DNA of 64,000 bases from Vicugna vicugna (lineage: Eukaryota). Shown here piece by piece: positions 1-11,228 of this stretch (positions within the stretch are counted from its first letter, which is position 1; each line of letters opens with the position of its first letter). The notes beneath the pieces are model-generated. The model saw only the letters and a list, made by a program, of their open reading frames with translations. It was not told the origin of the DNA and searched no databases. The stretch spans positions 1,380,057 to 1,444,056 of the forward strand of contig MU057930.1 of assembly GCA_013265495.1 (NCBI GenBank), read 5' to 3'. A program made the translations under genes and the position numbers.

Positions 1-98
1 TGGGTACCAGGAATGGCCGGGAACCGTGGCAGCGTTTTTAATGATGCTGCTGCTTCATCGGTGGGAAAAGGCAGGATGAACGTTCCAGGTACTGAGCA

Positions 99-628
99 TG
101 TTACCGAGGCCAAACTCGTCTGCTCACTGCAGGACAGGCCAGTAAATGGGGAGACGAGGTGTTGGGGCAAGGAATAGTGACTTTATTCAGAAAGCCGGCA
201 GACCCAAAGGATGCCAGGCTGATGTCCCAGAAAGCCACCTTCCCTAAGTCAGAATTCAGGCTCCCTTTATACTACAAAGGCAGTTTGGTGGGGGGGGGGG
301 GTAGTTGGTTGTTGCAAACTTCTTAGTGTAGGAATTCTTTGTTCTTGTAGGTGTCTGCGTGGGTCAGGTCATGGTGCCTCTGTGAGATTTCCAACAAAAC
401 AAATGTTATTTTCTATTCTGCAACTTGTTATCTTTATATAAGTGCAAAAATATTAATATCATTAAAGGTCAGAGCCTTGAAAATGGGCTCTCCTGTATAT
501 TTTAGGCTAAAGGCAACATTCTTTTATAAAAGGTGCAGAGCTAGCAAGACTAAGACTGGAAAACAGCACAGGGTTAAAGCCAAAGAAACAGATCTAATAT
601 GGAGTCAGATTTGTTCTTTTCTATTACA
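99..628 (-). mobile_element. ERV solo LTR (ERV1-like)
   Basis: Termini TG (tgttacc, 99) and CA (ctattaca, 628). Reverse-strand polyA signal (ctttatt, ~181). Near-matching 4-bp flanks agca/agaa. Start resembles the reverse complement of the ...gagtttggtaaca end of the LTR at 39526. Confidence 0.7.
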
Positions 629-760
629 AGAACATACATTACAAATTTGCAGCTGTGCTGGGTGGTTTGGGCAAGTATCAGCAGGCATTCATTTTATTTT
701 ATTTTTTTCAGGTGAATTTTCAGGGCAAGGGGAGCAAGGTGCTTACAGGTGAGGGTTTCA

Positions 761-1037
761 GAAGACTCACAGACGTAGAAAACAGACTTAGTGTTACCAA
801 AGGGGAAAGAGGGACGGGACAAATTAGGACTTTGGGATTAACAAATACAAACTACTGTATATAAAATAGATAAAGAACAAGATGTGACTGCATGGCACAG
901 GGAATTATAGTAAATATCTTGTAATACACCATAATGCAAAAGAATATGTATATATATTTATAACTGAATCACTATGCTATACACCTGAAACTAACACAAC
1001 TTTTAAGTTAACTATACTCAAGTTAAAAAATAAAATA
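761..1037 (+). mobile_element. L1 3' UTR fragment
   Basis: agactcacagac...gttaccaaagggg...gcacagggaatta...A-rich tail, the same motifs as the L1 3' ends at 16.5, 46.2 and 61.7 kb. Confidence 0.85.
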
Positions 1038-2199
1038 GGTGAAGGTTTCAGGTGCTGCTGAGTAAGAACTTTATTGCTAACAACGACAACTCCATTTTCT
1101 GATAAACAGAGAAACTCGGGCCATTTCCAACATGGGTATGAGCATGTGCTCTTGGCAGGCAATATCGGAATTAGGCAAATGGTTTCACAATGGTGGAGAG
1201 ATGACTAATTTTCAGCCTAGGCAAGGAATGATGAGGCTTTGAACGGAAGTCAAAGAGGGAATGAGATACCCTTATGAGTGAGGCTTGTCACATTTAGCAA
1301 ATCATTGGGTAATTTGAGAAGCTAGTTTAAGAGGAAGCTGATGGCTGAAAATTTGTGTATGTTGATTTTGAGAAGCCGGTCCATGAGCTTAGTAAATAGG
1401 TCCAATGCGTAGAGCGGTCATGTGGTTTTGGAATAAAGAAGACCTGATATTCATGGAGCTCCTACAGGTTCTGACACCGTCAGGGTGAGGTGGTGTGGAG
1501 AGCCACCATCTTGGAGGTCCATACCAGGAGGAGTGGAGACGGGGTTGAGGAGGCAGCTAAGAGTGGAGGTGTGGGCGAAAAGTGAGGAGCAATGAGGGAC
1601 AGCACATATGTAAAAGGAGACACCCATATAATACACACATAAATACACACATATAAAAAGAATCAGGAGAGCCTAAGCTTGGGGTACCTGAAGACGGAGT
1701 TTCAATAGGAAAGGCACAGAAAATGGCCAATATTAGCAGAGAATGCATACCCTCTTCCAGAAATAATGTTCCCCACCCACTCCCATCTAAAATGTAAACT
1801 CAAGAAGAGAAAGGATTTGTTTCCACTGCTCATGGCGTATTCTACACTAATTTAATGCTCCTAGGAGGTACTTGATAAAATATCTGTTGATCAATGTACA
1901 GTCCACTTGGCTTGACAAATACGAGAATATTTTACGATCATTTATCGAACACCTCGTCACGCGTGGACATTGGTATGCCAACACAGCCTGGACAAGTCCC
2001 TCTCTTCGAAGATTCTACTTTCCATAAAGTTGCAAGGGGGCCAACAAGGTTCCAACATATGATATTTGAGAAGGTAGTGAACTGCTTTTTTTAAAAAAAG
2101 AAAGAAAAAAAGAAGAAGAAGGAAAGGAAGAAGAAAAAAGAAATCATAGTTGCTCAGAAAAAAAAAATTGGCTATAAACACTGGAAGAATCAGAGTTGA

Positions 2200-2367
2200 G
2201 ATGATATATATATTGATAACATAACATGTTTATGATACATATAATTGTATATTTATAACTTGTATGTTTATATTTAATCTCTGTATTGTGTATTAGTATA
2301 TAATACATAGAGATCACTATGCATTGTATTACAATGTCTCCATATATTATATATATTATTATATATA
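2200..2367. repeat. AT-rich low-complexity (degenerate (TA)n)
   Basis: Visible tatata/tattat runs. Confidence 0.7.
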
Positions 2368-3819
2368 GGGAGATTGTGGATCTGCATATGTGAACCAGAG
2401 TTATTTCAGAACGTTTATATTATAAAAAGTGTTAGAGGAAGGTGAAAGTCAACATATAGAAACACAAAGATAACCAACAAGAAAATGATACATACAGCCC
2501 TAGAGTTGTACATAAAATGTAAAATTCTAATTGGAGAACTCTGAAGAATGCGTGAATGATGTGAATAGGTTGTTTTACTTAATTCTCACAATTTTCTCTC
2601 AGTATTAACTGCTGATTTTTCAGAGTTCCTCAATATACTTGAAGAACATCGCATAAACACACGGGAGGGGCGATCGCCGTGGGAAATGTGCTTTTCAGTT
2701 TTCCATAATGACCGTTAAGTTCACGAACCCCGTCTATTTCCTTACTAAAGGCGTCACCCTAAATGCTGCTCACTTTAATGAATACTCCGTGCACTGGAAA
2801 GAATTCCAGGATCCGTCATCTCCCGAAGAATAACATCTCCCGGTCTGCGCTGATGAAGCTACCAGTCAGTGAACAGCTGGCTTTAGATGAAAGGCTTTGG
2901 GAGAAGTGACCTGTAGGAACAGACTCAGCCTGTGTGATGCTCTGGAACCAGAATATTCAGGATTTGCGGGACATGCGATCAGAACAAACTTGACTCCTTA
3001 GTAGTGAGCCTCGCTCAAAGGCCTCTTGGAATTTGGTTGTTAATTAGTTGAATTTTCTTCTCTTTTAATTTTTTTTTTTCCAGCAGAGATCATTTTGGAG
3101 ACAGTGAAATAAGAAAACCAAACATTTTAAAGCTCCAAGCCCTCGTAAGTTTGTGAAGTACATGTGCATTCATTTTATTTCATTTATGGGCAAAAGGAGA
3201 GAGTCAACAGGAGGAGTTTTTCTAGAGGATGAAGAGAACGCGCACTCATACACACAATGTTAACGTGCACCACCACAGAGAGGGACGTTAAGCTCACCTT
3301 TGGAGCAACCCCAAAGCGCAAAGCATCCCTTCCACTTACACTTTCAGGGAACCTCGAGGGTGTGTTTCGCCTCGTTTCAGGTTCCCGTCTAGAGAGGTTC
3401 TCATCTCTGAGAATCAGGCTATTTAAAATGTCCAAGATTCTTAGCAAGTTGCAACTGTTTCGTACTCAGTGACTTTTAAAGTTTAGGACAGGGAAGAGAT
3501 GTGAAAAGCGCTGTTGTTAACGTGTGTCAGCTACACTGACTCGGAAGCTGGTGACTCTGTTTCGTTTCCTGAACTCGGATGGGCTCTGAAGTGGTCTTCA
3601 GGTCAAAGATGAGAGTTGTCTTAACTTCAGATGTTTCCCCTTCCTTCAGCTTTCTTCTCAGGGATTCAAATACTTGGTCCTCACTCTCTGACCTTCTCAT
3701 GATTAATTCATTTGGGGGGATGTGGATCTTTTTTATTGTCCACACCTCCATCACCCAGAATAAAATTTCTTGTTGGAAAACAGCCTGAAAGCTCCTTAAA
3801 AAGTTAAAAATAGAACTAT

Positions 3820-3955
3820 CGGGGAGGGTACAGCTCAGTGGTAGAGCACGTGCTTAGCATGCACAAGGTCCTGGGTTCGATCCCCAGTACCTCCATTAAA
3901 AAATAAATACGTAAGCCTAATTAACTCCACCCCCAATTTTTTGAAAATATATAAA
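3820..3955 (+). mobile_element. tRNA-derived SINE (camelid Vic-1-like)
   Basis: ggggagggtacagctcagtggtagagc (A box) ... ggttcgatcccc (B box), followed by an A-rich body and tail. Confidence 0.85.
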
Positions 3956-4412
3956 GAATCTTATGAACTACTGCATGATGTAGCAATTCACCCCTGGGTA
4001 TTTACCTGAGGGAAACAAAATTATTACATCAAAGAAGTCTCTGCACCCCATGTTCATCTCAGCATGACTCACAATAGCCAAGACAAGGGAAACAATCTAA
4101 ATATCCAGCAGCAGAGAAGTGGATAAAGAAAATATTGGAATAGTACTCAGCCATTAAACATTTAAAATCCTGCCTTTGGGACAATGCAGATGGACTTGGA
4201 GGGCATTATGCTAAGTGAAATAAGTCTGACAGAGAAAGACAAATACTGTTTGATGTCACTTACATGTGGGATCTAAAAAAAAAAAGCAAACAAACTCACA
4301 AAAAAAAGAAATTGGGTTTGTGGGTACCAGAGGCAGAGGGTGAGTAGTGGGAGAATTGGATAAAGCTGGTCAAAAGGTACAAATTTCCAGTTATAAGATA
4401 AGTAAGTAAGGA

Positions 4413-4580
4413 GGGGAGGGTATAACTCAAGTGGTAGAGTGTGTGCTTAGCAGGCACGGAGGTCCTGGGTTCAATCCCCAGTCCCTCTTCTGAAAATAAA
4501 AAACACTAATTACCTCCCCCCCTTACAAAAAAAAATCTAAATAAGTCACTCTTCAAAAATATTTTTTTAATTATTTAAAA
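4413..4580 (+). mobile_element. tRNA-derived SINE (Vic-1-like)
   Basis: ggggagggtataactcaagtggtagag...ggttcaatcccc, then ctaattacctcccccc and an A tail. Confidence 0.85.
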
Positions 4581-5630
4581 CATAAATGAGTAGTGGACAT
4601 TCACATTGTATAATGTACATTGATAAGTATAGTTACCAAAGCTGAATGGTATGTTTGAAAGTTGCTAAGACAGTATGTCCTAAAAGTTCTCAATACAAGG
4701 AAAAAAATTTTTTCTTTTTTTTTTTTTCTTGTATCTCTGGGAGATGATGGATGTTAACTACACTTATGGCAGTGATTATTTCACAATATATGTAAGTGAA
4801 GTCATGACACTGCCCACCTCAAACAGTACCGTATGTCAATGCTATCTCAATAAAACTGGAAGAAAAATTCTTGCCATGTTCTATAGCTTTATTATTATCA
4901 TACAGATATTGCAACTAAAGATTTCCAAGCTCTTTCTTAGATTGAGTACATATGCTGCATCTAATGTCTCCTTTTTGTTTGTTTTGAAATGTTCAAGTGA
5001 CTGAGAAAAAGTCTCTTATATGCTGGTTAAAAATAAAGACAGCAGAAGTGAGATTGAAAAAGTGTATGCAGGGGCATGTCTGCAACCATGTGCCGTCTAA
5101 GCTGTGGCTTCACATCTTCACATAGCAGGAACATTCAAACGTTCAACACTTCAAGTGGTAGAAACTTTGTGGCATGAAACCAAAACAAGTCAAAAACGGA
5201 AGGTTGCTTAAACAGGAATAAACACAATAATTATGCAAATTTTATGTTGCAAAATGCCAACTATGAAACTTTTGTTTTTAATCTTATGTAAGCTTTGAAA
5301 TAGGAAATGGAATAATGCACAAAGCTATTCAAAGTGAATGTACAGAACACACTGGAATTCATTTTGACGCTGGAGCAGAGATGTCTGCAGCTATCCTGTC
5401 TGTCCTTGTGGCAAGACTCTCTTCTGTAACAACGATGTGAAATAGTTTGACTTTCTATCCAACTTACACCAAGAAGTCAGGAGACTTACCTGTTTTTGGA
5501 CAGTTTTTAGTCACTATCACAATCAGCGATTTCTCAAATTGTTGTTGTCACAATTCTTGGTAGCGGCTCTGTTTGCTTCTTCTCTGTCACCAACTTTATC
5601 CTAAAAAAATTCACCCAGTTGTAAACACAG

Positions 5631-5631
<1 letters not shown>

Positions 5632-5710
<79 letters not shown>

Positions 5711-5720
5711 TTGAGATAGA
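5632..5720. repeat. (TG)n(AG)n compound microsatellite
   Basis: Directly visible. Confidence 0.95.
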
Positions 5721-6789
5721 GAATTAGAAATGAGTGATGAAATCAAAATTGTTAGAAATCCATGAGGATGTTTACAGCTGAGAACATTTATGTAAAATCT
5801 CTTTCTCTTTATCGAACTGAATGAGCTCAGGATTCAAAATGTGTAACTTAGTTACTGAGGTTCCCAGTGGAGAAGTGAGCTTAATGTACTTCCATTTATT
5901 TATGTTCAAAATGAAAACGAATGGAAAAATGCACCAGAGTCCAACAAACTGAACATAATCATGTTGATAACTTCTGATCAATATGATGCATGGAAATGAT
6001 AGGGAGCATTTTGTTCTCATATCAAAGATAAATATTGAAAAAATATATAATCGATAGGTCATCAACTCAGGATCAAGGAAGGAAGACCTGTAGCTGTTAG
6101 ACATTCAGACAACTCTCAGACAAACCAATCAGAGTGACTGAAGTCAAGAGATGCAAGGAAGAAATGGACAATTATTAGATTTTTAACAGGTGGGAGTTAA
6201 GACCTTACCACCACATAGGGAGAGACTATAGACAACCTACCACATAAGGACAGGATTTATAATTCTTCTTTATTATTATTGTTAGTTTGCATTAATTCTT
6301 GAGTTGTGAGGAACTTCTCTATTGACCAACCACAGAAGAAGAGAGAAATCTTAAAAGTGTTTTTTATCTGACAGTATCTGAGAGATACCAAGATGGTGAC
6401 TGAGGATTTCAGGCACTATTAGAGGTTAACTCATCCTCTGACACGAATTCAGCCCTCAAGGTATTAATGATTCGTCAGTGGCAGATGAACTGAGCGTTGG
6501 CTGGGTCTGAGGACCAGAGCACAGCCAGTGACATTTCCTGTGCAGCTGGAGGGAAAAACTGGACAGGAGAGCCTGCGTTGGAGCAGGGATCTGGTGAAAA
6601 CAACAAACAAGCAAGCAAGCAAGCAAACAAACAAAACCCAAGCTTCATTTTGCAACCCTGATGAGCTGTACCATAGGAGCAGTGGTGAACCAAAAAGAGA
6701 TAAATGAATGAGTCTTGACAATGAATGAAAGCTAGCTTTACGTCTGCCCAAAGGATGCAATTAGATTGAAGATCATCCCTCTTTGAAAG

Positions 6790-7480
6790 ACAATCACACG
6801 ATCCCAAGTCAAATTTTATTTCTCAAAATTATTCTAAACAATGGCAGCATTAAAACAACATACCAGAGATATAAGGAAATACTAACAAATGGCTGAGAAC
6901 CAAGATAAATGTGGAAAGACGAAAAAACAAACATACAAAAAAAAAAAAACTGCAATAAATTCCAGCTAGGACACATATCAGAACAGGAGTTTTAAAACCT
7001 GTGATTAATATGTTCAAAAACTTAGATGGTAAGGAATATCAACAGAGCAATGGAAAGCATGAAATAGGGGGCAGAAATTCTAGAACTGAAAACAAAACCA
7101 ACAAATGAACTTGGCAGGGGATTAGTTACAGTAGAAGACACAATCAAGTCATGGAAAGAAGCATACAGAGAAAAAAGAAAGGCAAGTAGAGGGAAAAGAA
7201 TGCTATATGGGATGAAGGGAAATGATGGAACACACATGAAGTCAGAAACCAGGATGGAGGGAGGAGAGGGAAGAGGGGAGAGTCAATACTTAAAAAGATA
7301 ATCTCTGAGAATTTCTCCACAATGTTGCCTGAAATCAAGTCCAGGAAGCCATATGAACCCCAGGAGAGTTAAATATAAACAAAAGCACGTAATAAAAAAT
7401 AGGGTTAAAAAACAGACAAAGAAAAATGAAAAGATATTACAGGTGAAAATGACATTATTTAAAAGAAAATAATAAATATT
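6790..7480 (+). mobile_element. Ancient L1/HAL1 ORF1-like remnant
   Basis: A-rich tract with gaaattctagaactgaaa, ataatctctgagaatttc and caggaagcc..gaacccca motifs typical of decayed L1 ORF1; no open frame. Confidence 0.5.
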
Positions 7481-7713
7481 TAAAAGAAAAATACGAAGGT
7501 TTACACTAACTTATTAGTAAGAGAGTGAACTTTTGGCTCACAGATAAGCAGAAAGAAAATGAAAAAATTTATATGGATAAGTAAGACATGATGAAATTTG
7601 GATCATAGATCATAAGGAAAGTATGTGACTGAATAAATGGTAGAAGAAATTTGGGTATCTCCACCGAAACCAACCAAATTAAAACAACCACTTCATCCCA
7701 TATCAAAAAAAAT

Positions 7714-7898
7714 TTTTGTAACCTGCTACCTTGCTGAATTCTTCAATCAGCTCTAGTAGCTTTCGTGTGGACCTTTTAGGGTTTTCTATATATAGTAACA
7801 TGTCATCAGCATATAATGACACTTTTACCTCTTCTTTTCCAATTTGGATCCCTTTTATTTCTTTCTCTTCCCTGACTGCTGTGGCTAGGACTTCCAGT
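7714..7898 (-). pseudogene. Inverted fragment of the L1 ORF2 reverse-transcriptase domain
   Basis: Translates [41 protein letters not shown]...FSKVAGYK, including the catalytic YADD motif. Confidence 0.95.
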
Positions 7899-9483
7899 TG
7901 CATTTCTTTACACTAAAGATAAATCAACAGAAAAAGAAAGTAAAGAAACAATCCCCTTTAAAATAGCACCCAAAGTAATAAAATATCTGGGAATAAATCT
8001 AACCAAGGAGGTGAAAGAATTATACACAGAAAACTATAAACCACTGATGAAGGAAATTAAAGAAGACTTTAAAAAATGGAAAGATATTCCATGCTCTTGG
8101 ATTGGAAGAATCAATATTGTTAAAATGGTCACACTGCCCAAGGCAATCTACAGATTTAATGCAATCCCTATCCAATTACCCAGGACATATTTCACAGAAC
8201 TAGAACAAATCATAATAAAATTTATATGGAACCATCAAAGACCTAGAATTGCTAAAGCATTACTGAAGAGAAAGAAAGAGGCTGGAGGAATAACTCTCCC
8301 AGACTTCAGACAATACTATAGAGCTACAGTCATCAAGACAGCATGGTATTGGTACCAAAACAGACATATAGACCAATGGAACAGAATAGAGAGCCCAGAA
8401 ATGAACCCACAAACTTTTGGTCAACTCATCTTCGACAAAGGAGGCAAGAATATACAATGGAATAAAGACAGTCTCTTCAGCAAATGGTGTTGGGAAAACT
8501 GGACAGCAGCATGTAAAACAATGAAGCTAGAACACACCCTTACACCATATACAAAAATCAACTCAAAATGGATTAAAGACTTAAACATAAGACAAGATAC
8601 AATAAACCTCCTAGAGGAAAACATAGGCAAAACATTATCTGACATACATTTCAAAAATTTTCTCCTAGAAGAAATAAAAGCAAGAATAAACAAATGGGAC
8701 CTAATGAAACTTACAAGCTTCTGCAGAGCAAAGGAAACCAGAAATAAAACAAGAAGAAAACCTACGGAATGGGAGAAAATTTTTGCAAGTGAAACCGACA
8801 AAGGCTTGATCTCCAAAATATATAAGCAGCTCATACGACTCAATAAGAAAAAAATAAACAACCCAATCCAAAAATGGGCAGAAGACCTAAACAAGCAATT
8901 CTCCAAGGAAGACATACAAATGATCAAAAAGCACATGAAAAAATGTTCAATATCACTAATTATCAGAGAAATGCAAATCAAAACTACAATGAGGTATCAC
9001 CTCACACCAGTCAGAATGGCCGTCATTCAAAAATCCAAAAATGACAAATGCTGGAGAGGCTGTGGAGAAAGGGGAACCCTCCTACACTGCTGGTGGGAAT
9101 GCAGTTTGGTGCAGCCACTATGGAAAACAGTGTGGAGATTCCTCAAAAGACTAGGAATAGACTTACCATATGACCCAGGAATCCCACTCCTGGGCTTGTA
9201 CCCAGAAGGAAATCTACTTCAGGATGACACCTGCACCCCAATGTTCATAGCAGCACTATTTACAATAGCCAAAACATGGAAACAGCCTAAATGTCCATCA
9301 ACAGGTGACTGGATAAAGAAGATGTGGTATATTTATACAATGGAATACTACTCAGCCATAAAAACCGACAACATAATGCCATTTGCAGCAACATGGATGC
9401 TCCTAGAGAATGTCATTCTAAGTGAAGTAAGCCAGAAAGAGAAAGAAAAATACCATATGAGATCGCTCATATGTGGAATCTAA
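7897..9483 (+). pseudogene. L1 ORF2p C-terminal portion (end of RT to the Cys-rich domain); frame open but 5'-truncated
   Basis: Frame open from VAFLYT...[14 protein letters not shown] through [18 protein letters not shown] and the CCHC-type motif [18 protein letters not shown] to the stop at 9483. Confidence 0.95.
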
Positions 9484-9853
9484 AAAACAAAAACAAACAA
9501 ACAAACAAAAACAAAGCATAAATACAGGACAGAAATAGACTCATGGACAGAGAATACAGACTTGTGGTTACCAGGGGGGTAGAGGGTGGGAAGGGATAGA
9601 CTGGGATTTCAAAATTGTAGAATAGATAAACAAGATTACACTGTATAGCACAGGGAAATATACACAAAATGTTATGATAAATCACAGAGAAAAAAATGTG
9701 ACAATGAGTGTGTATATGTCCATGAATGACTGAAAAATTGTGCTGAACACTGGAATTTGACACAACATTGTAAAATGATTATAAATCAATAAAAAATGTT
9801 GAAAAAAAATTTTTTTTGTCCTCAATTTTGGAGATACACATGAAAGCTATACA

Positions 9854-10021
9854 ATTATTATTCAAGAAGAATTTACTGGAGGATATTTTCTTGAACAAAG
9901 AGACAGATCTTTTTTTTAAGGAACATAGTCAAGAAAAGCTTTGAGGATTTGCTGTTCAAATGAGTAGACTTCCCCATTCAAGAATTTAAAAAAAAAAAAA
10001 TTTCCGGAGATCGGCTGTACA
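9854..10021 (+). repeat. ~170-bp direct repeat, copy 1
   Basis: Aligns by eye to 11057-11228 (gaagaatttactggaggatattttcttgaacaaagagacagat...gagatcggctgtaca). Confidence 0.9.
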
Positions 10022-10188
10022 ACACAGAGCTTGTAGCTAACGATACTTGGCACTTAAAATTTTGTAAAGAGGGTAGATCTTTTGTTATGTGTGTATTTTT
10101 TTTTTAACCACACACACAAAATCTTTACAGGAAAGGAAAGGAGTGATCAATTGAATGACCACTTCAACATTTAAAATGTTTAGCTTTT

Positions 10189-10405
10189 GGTGGTAGAGTA
10201 TAGCTCAACTGGTAAAGCACACCTTTTGCAGGCACGAGGTCCTGGGTTCAATCCCCAGTACCTCCTCAGAAAAAAAAACCAAAAAAAAAACCCAAAACTC
10301 ATTAGCTCCCCTCCCTGCCAAAATAAAAATAAATAATATAATAATAAACAAAATATTTTTAAAAAAGAAATGCTTTTAAAAAATTAAAGTAGAAAAATAA
10401 AAAAT
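10189..10405 (+). mobile_element. tRNA-derived SINE (Vic-1-like) with TSD
   Basis: tatagctcaactggta...ggttcaatcccc; flanks taaaatgtttagcttt / taaaatgtttggtttt. Confidence 0.85.
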
Positions 10406-11056
10406 AAAATGTTTGGTTTTCAACCCACACCATTAAAGACTAAAAACTCCAGCTGCTAAAAGGAACTATTTGCAGTAATATCTCCTGTTACATATTCCTG
10501 TCCAAGTGTTCACCTACAGCCTTTGTGAAAACACTGTTTTTTGTAAATTATGAAAAGACAGGCTACTTAATAAAAAAGTAAGACAGCCACTTCCCTTAGT
10601 AGGATATCAGAATGCCATCACTAGTCCTCTGTGTGAGGTTGACGAAAATCATACTGAGACCCCGTCTCCCAGAGCCCCTGAAATTTAAAAGAATGACCAT
10701 CTCAAGGACCGGAATAAACTAAATTATCTTCCATGCTGACACTTTTTATTGCAATTGGAAGAGTCACTTAAAACTCATTTTAGTAGCATCAACAACAAGA
10801 AGAAAAATGACTCAGACATCCTATTCTTACACAGATAAAATTATAGATGTGAATAAGTATGTATACTCCTGTATATTAGAATTTTGGCTTATTTGTGTCT
10901 CATATAAAACATAACGCACACATACAGACTTACCAAGGAGATTGAAAACACGTGCACATACTCTTAGTGAGGAAATACATCATTTTGGTAAAAATTACCT
11001 CCAGCTTCTCCAACAAAGAAATTATGTCTTACAGAAAAATGACTGACTTTCGTGTC

Positions 11057-11228
11057 ATTACTATTAAGGAAGAATTTACTGGAGGATATTTTCTTGAACA
11101 AAGAGACAGATTTTTTTTTTTAAAGGCACATAGTCAAGAAAAGCTTTGAGGAGTTGCTGTTCAAGTGAGTAGAGGTCCTCATTCAAGATTAAAAAAAAAG
11201 AAAAAAAGTTCCAGAGATCGGCTGTACA
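11057..11228 (+). repeat. ~170-bp direct repeat, copy 2
   Basis: Matches 9854-10021 with scattered substitutions. Confidence 0.9.

Larger units (their letters stand above)
3765..4870 (+). mobile_element. Old L1 3' portion (decayed ORF2 end and 3' UTR) interrupted by two SINEs
   Basis: ctgcaccccatgttcatc, ggaatagtactcagcc, tatgctaagtgaaataagtc and ctatctcaataaaactgga are L1 3' hallmarks. Confidence 0.85.
7713..9809 (+). mobile_element. Young 5'-truncated, 5'-inverted L1 insertion
   Basis: Inverted RT segment 7714-7898, sense ORF2 7897-9483, 3' UTR and AATAAA/A tail to ~9809. Flanked by similar aaaaaaaattttt(ttt)gt sequences (probable TSD). Confidence 0.95.

Noticed and set aside
1200..1900. 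Possible L2 remnants (also ~14500-14680 and ~15960-16085)
   Set aside because: Similarity too weak to define identity or boundaries by eye.
3820..3895. tRNA gene-like sequence with A and B boxes
   Set aside because: It is the head of a multi-copy SINE with body and tail; the same holds for the other six copies.
8421..8981. 186-aa minus-strand ORF
   Set aside because: Antisense shadow of L1 ORF2.
8011..9483. 490-aa ORF as a host gene or autonomous L1
   Set aside because: It lacks the promoter, ORF1, endonuclease and most of RT; the GTG start is an internal ORF2 codon.
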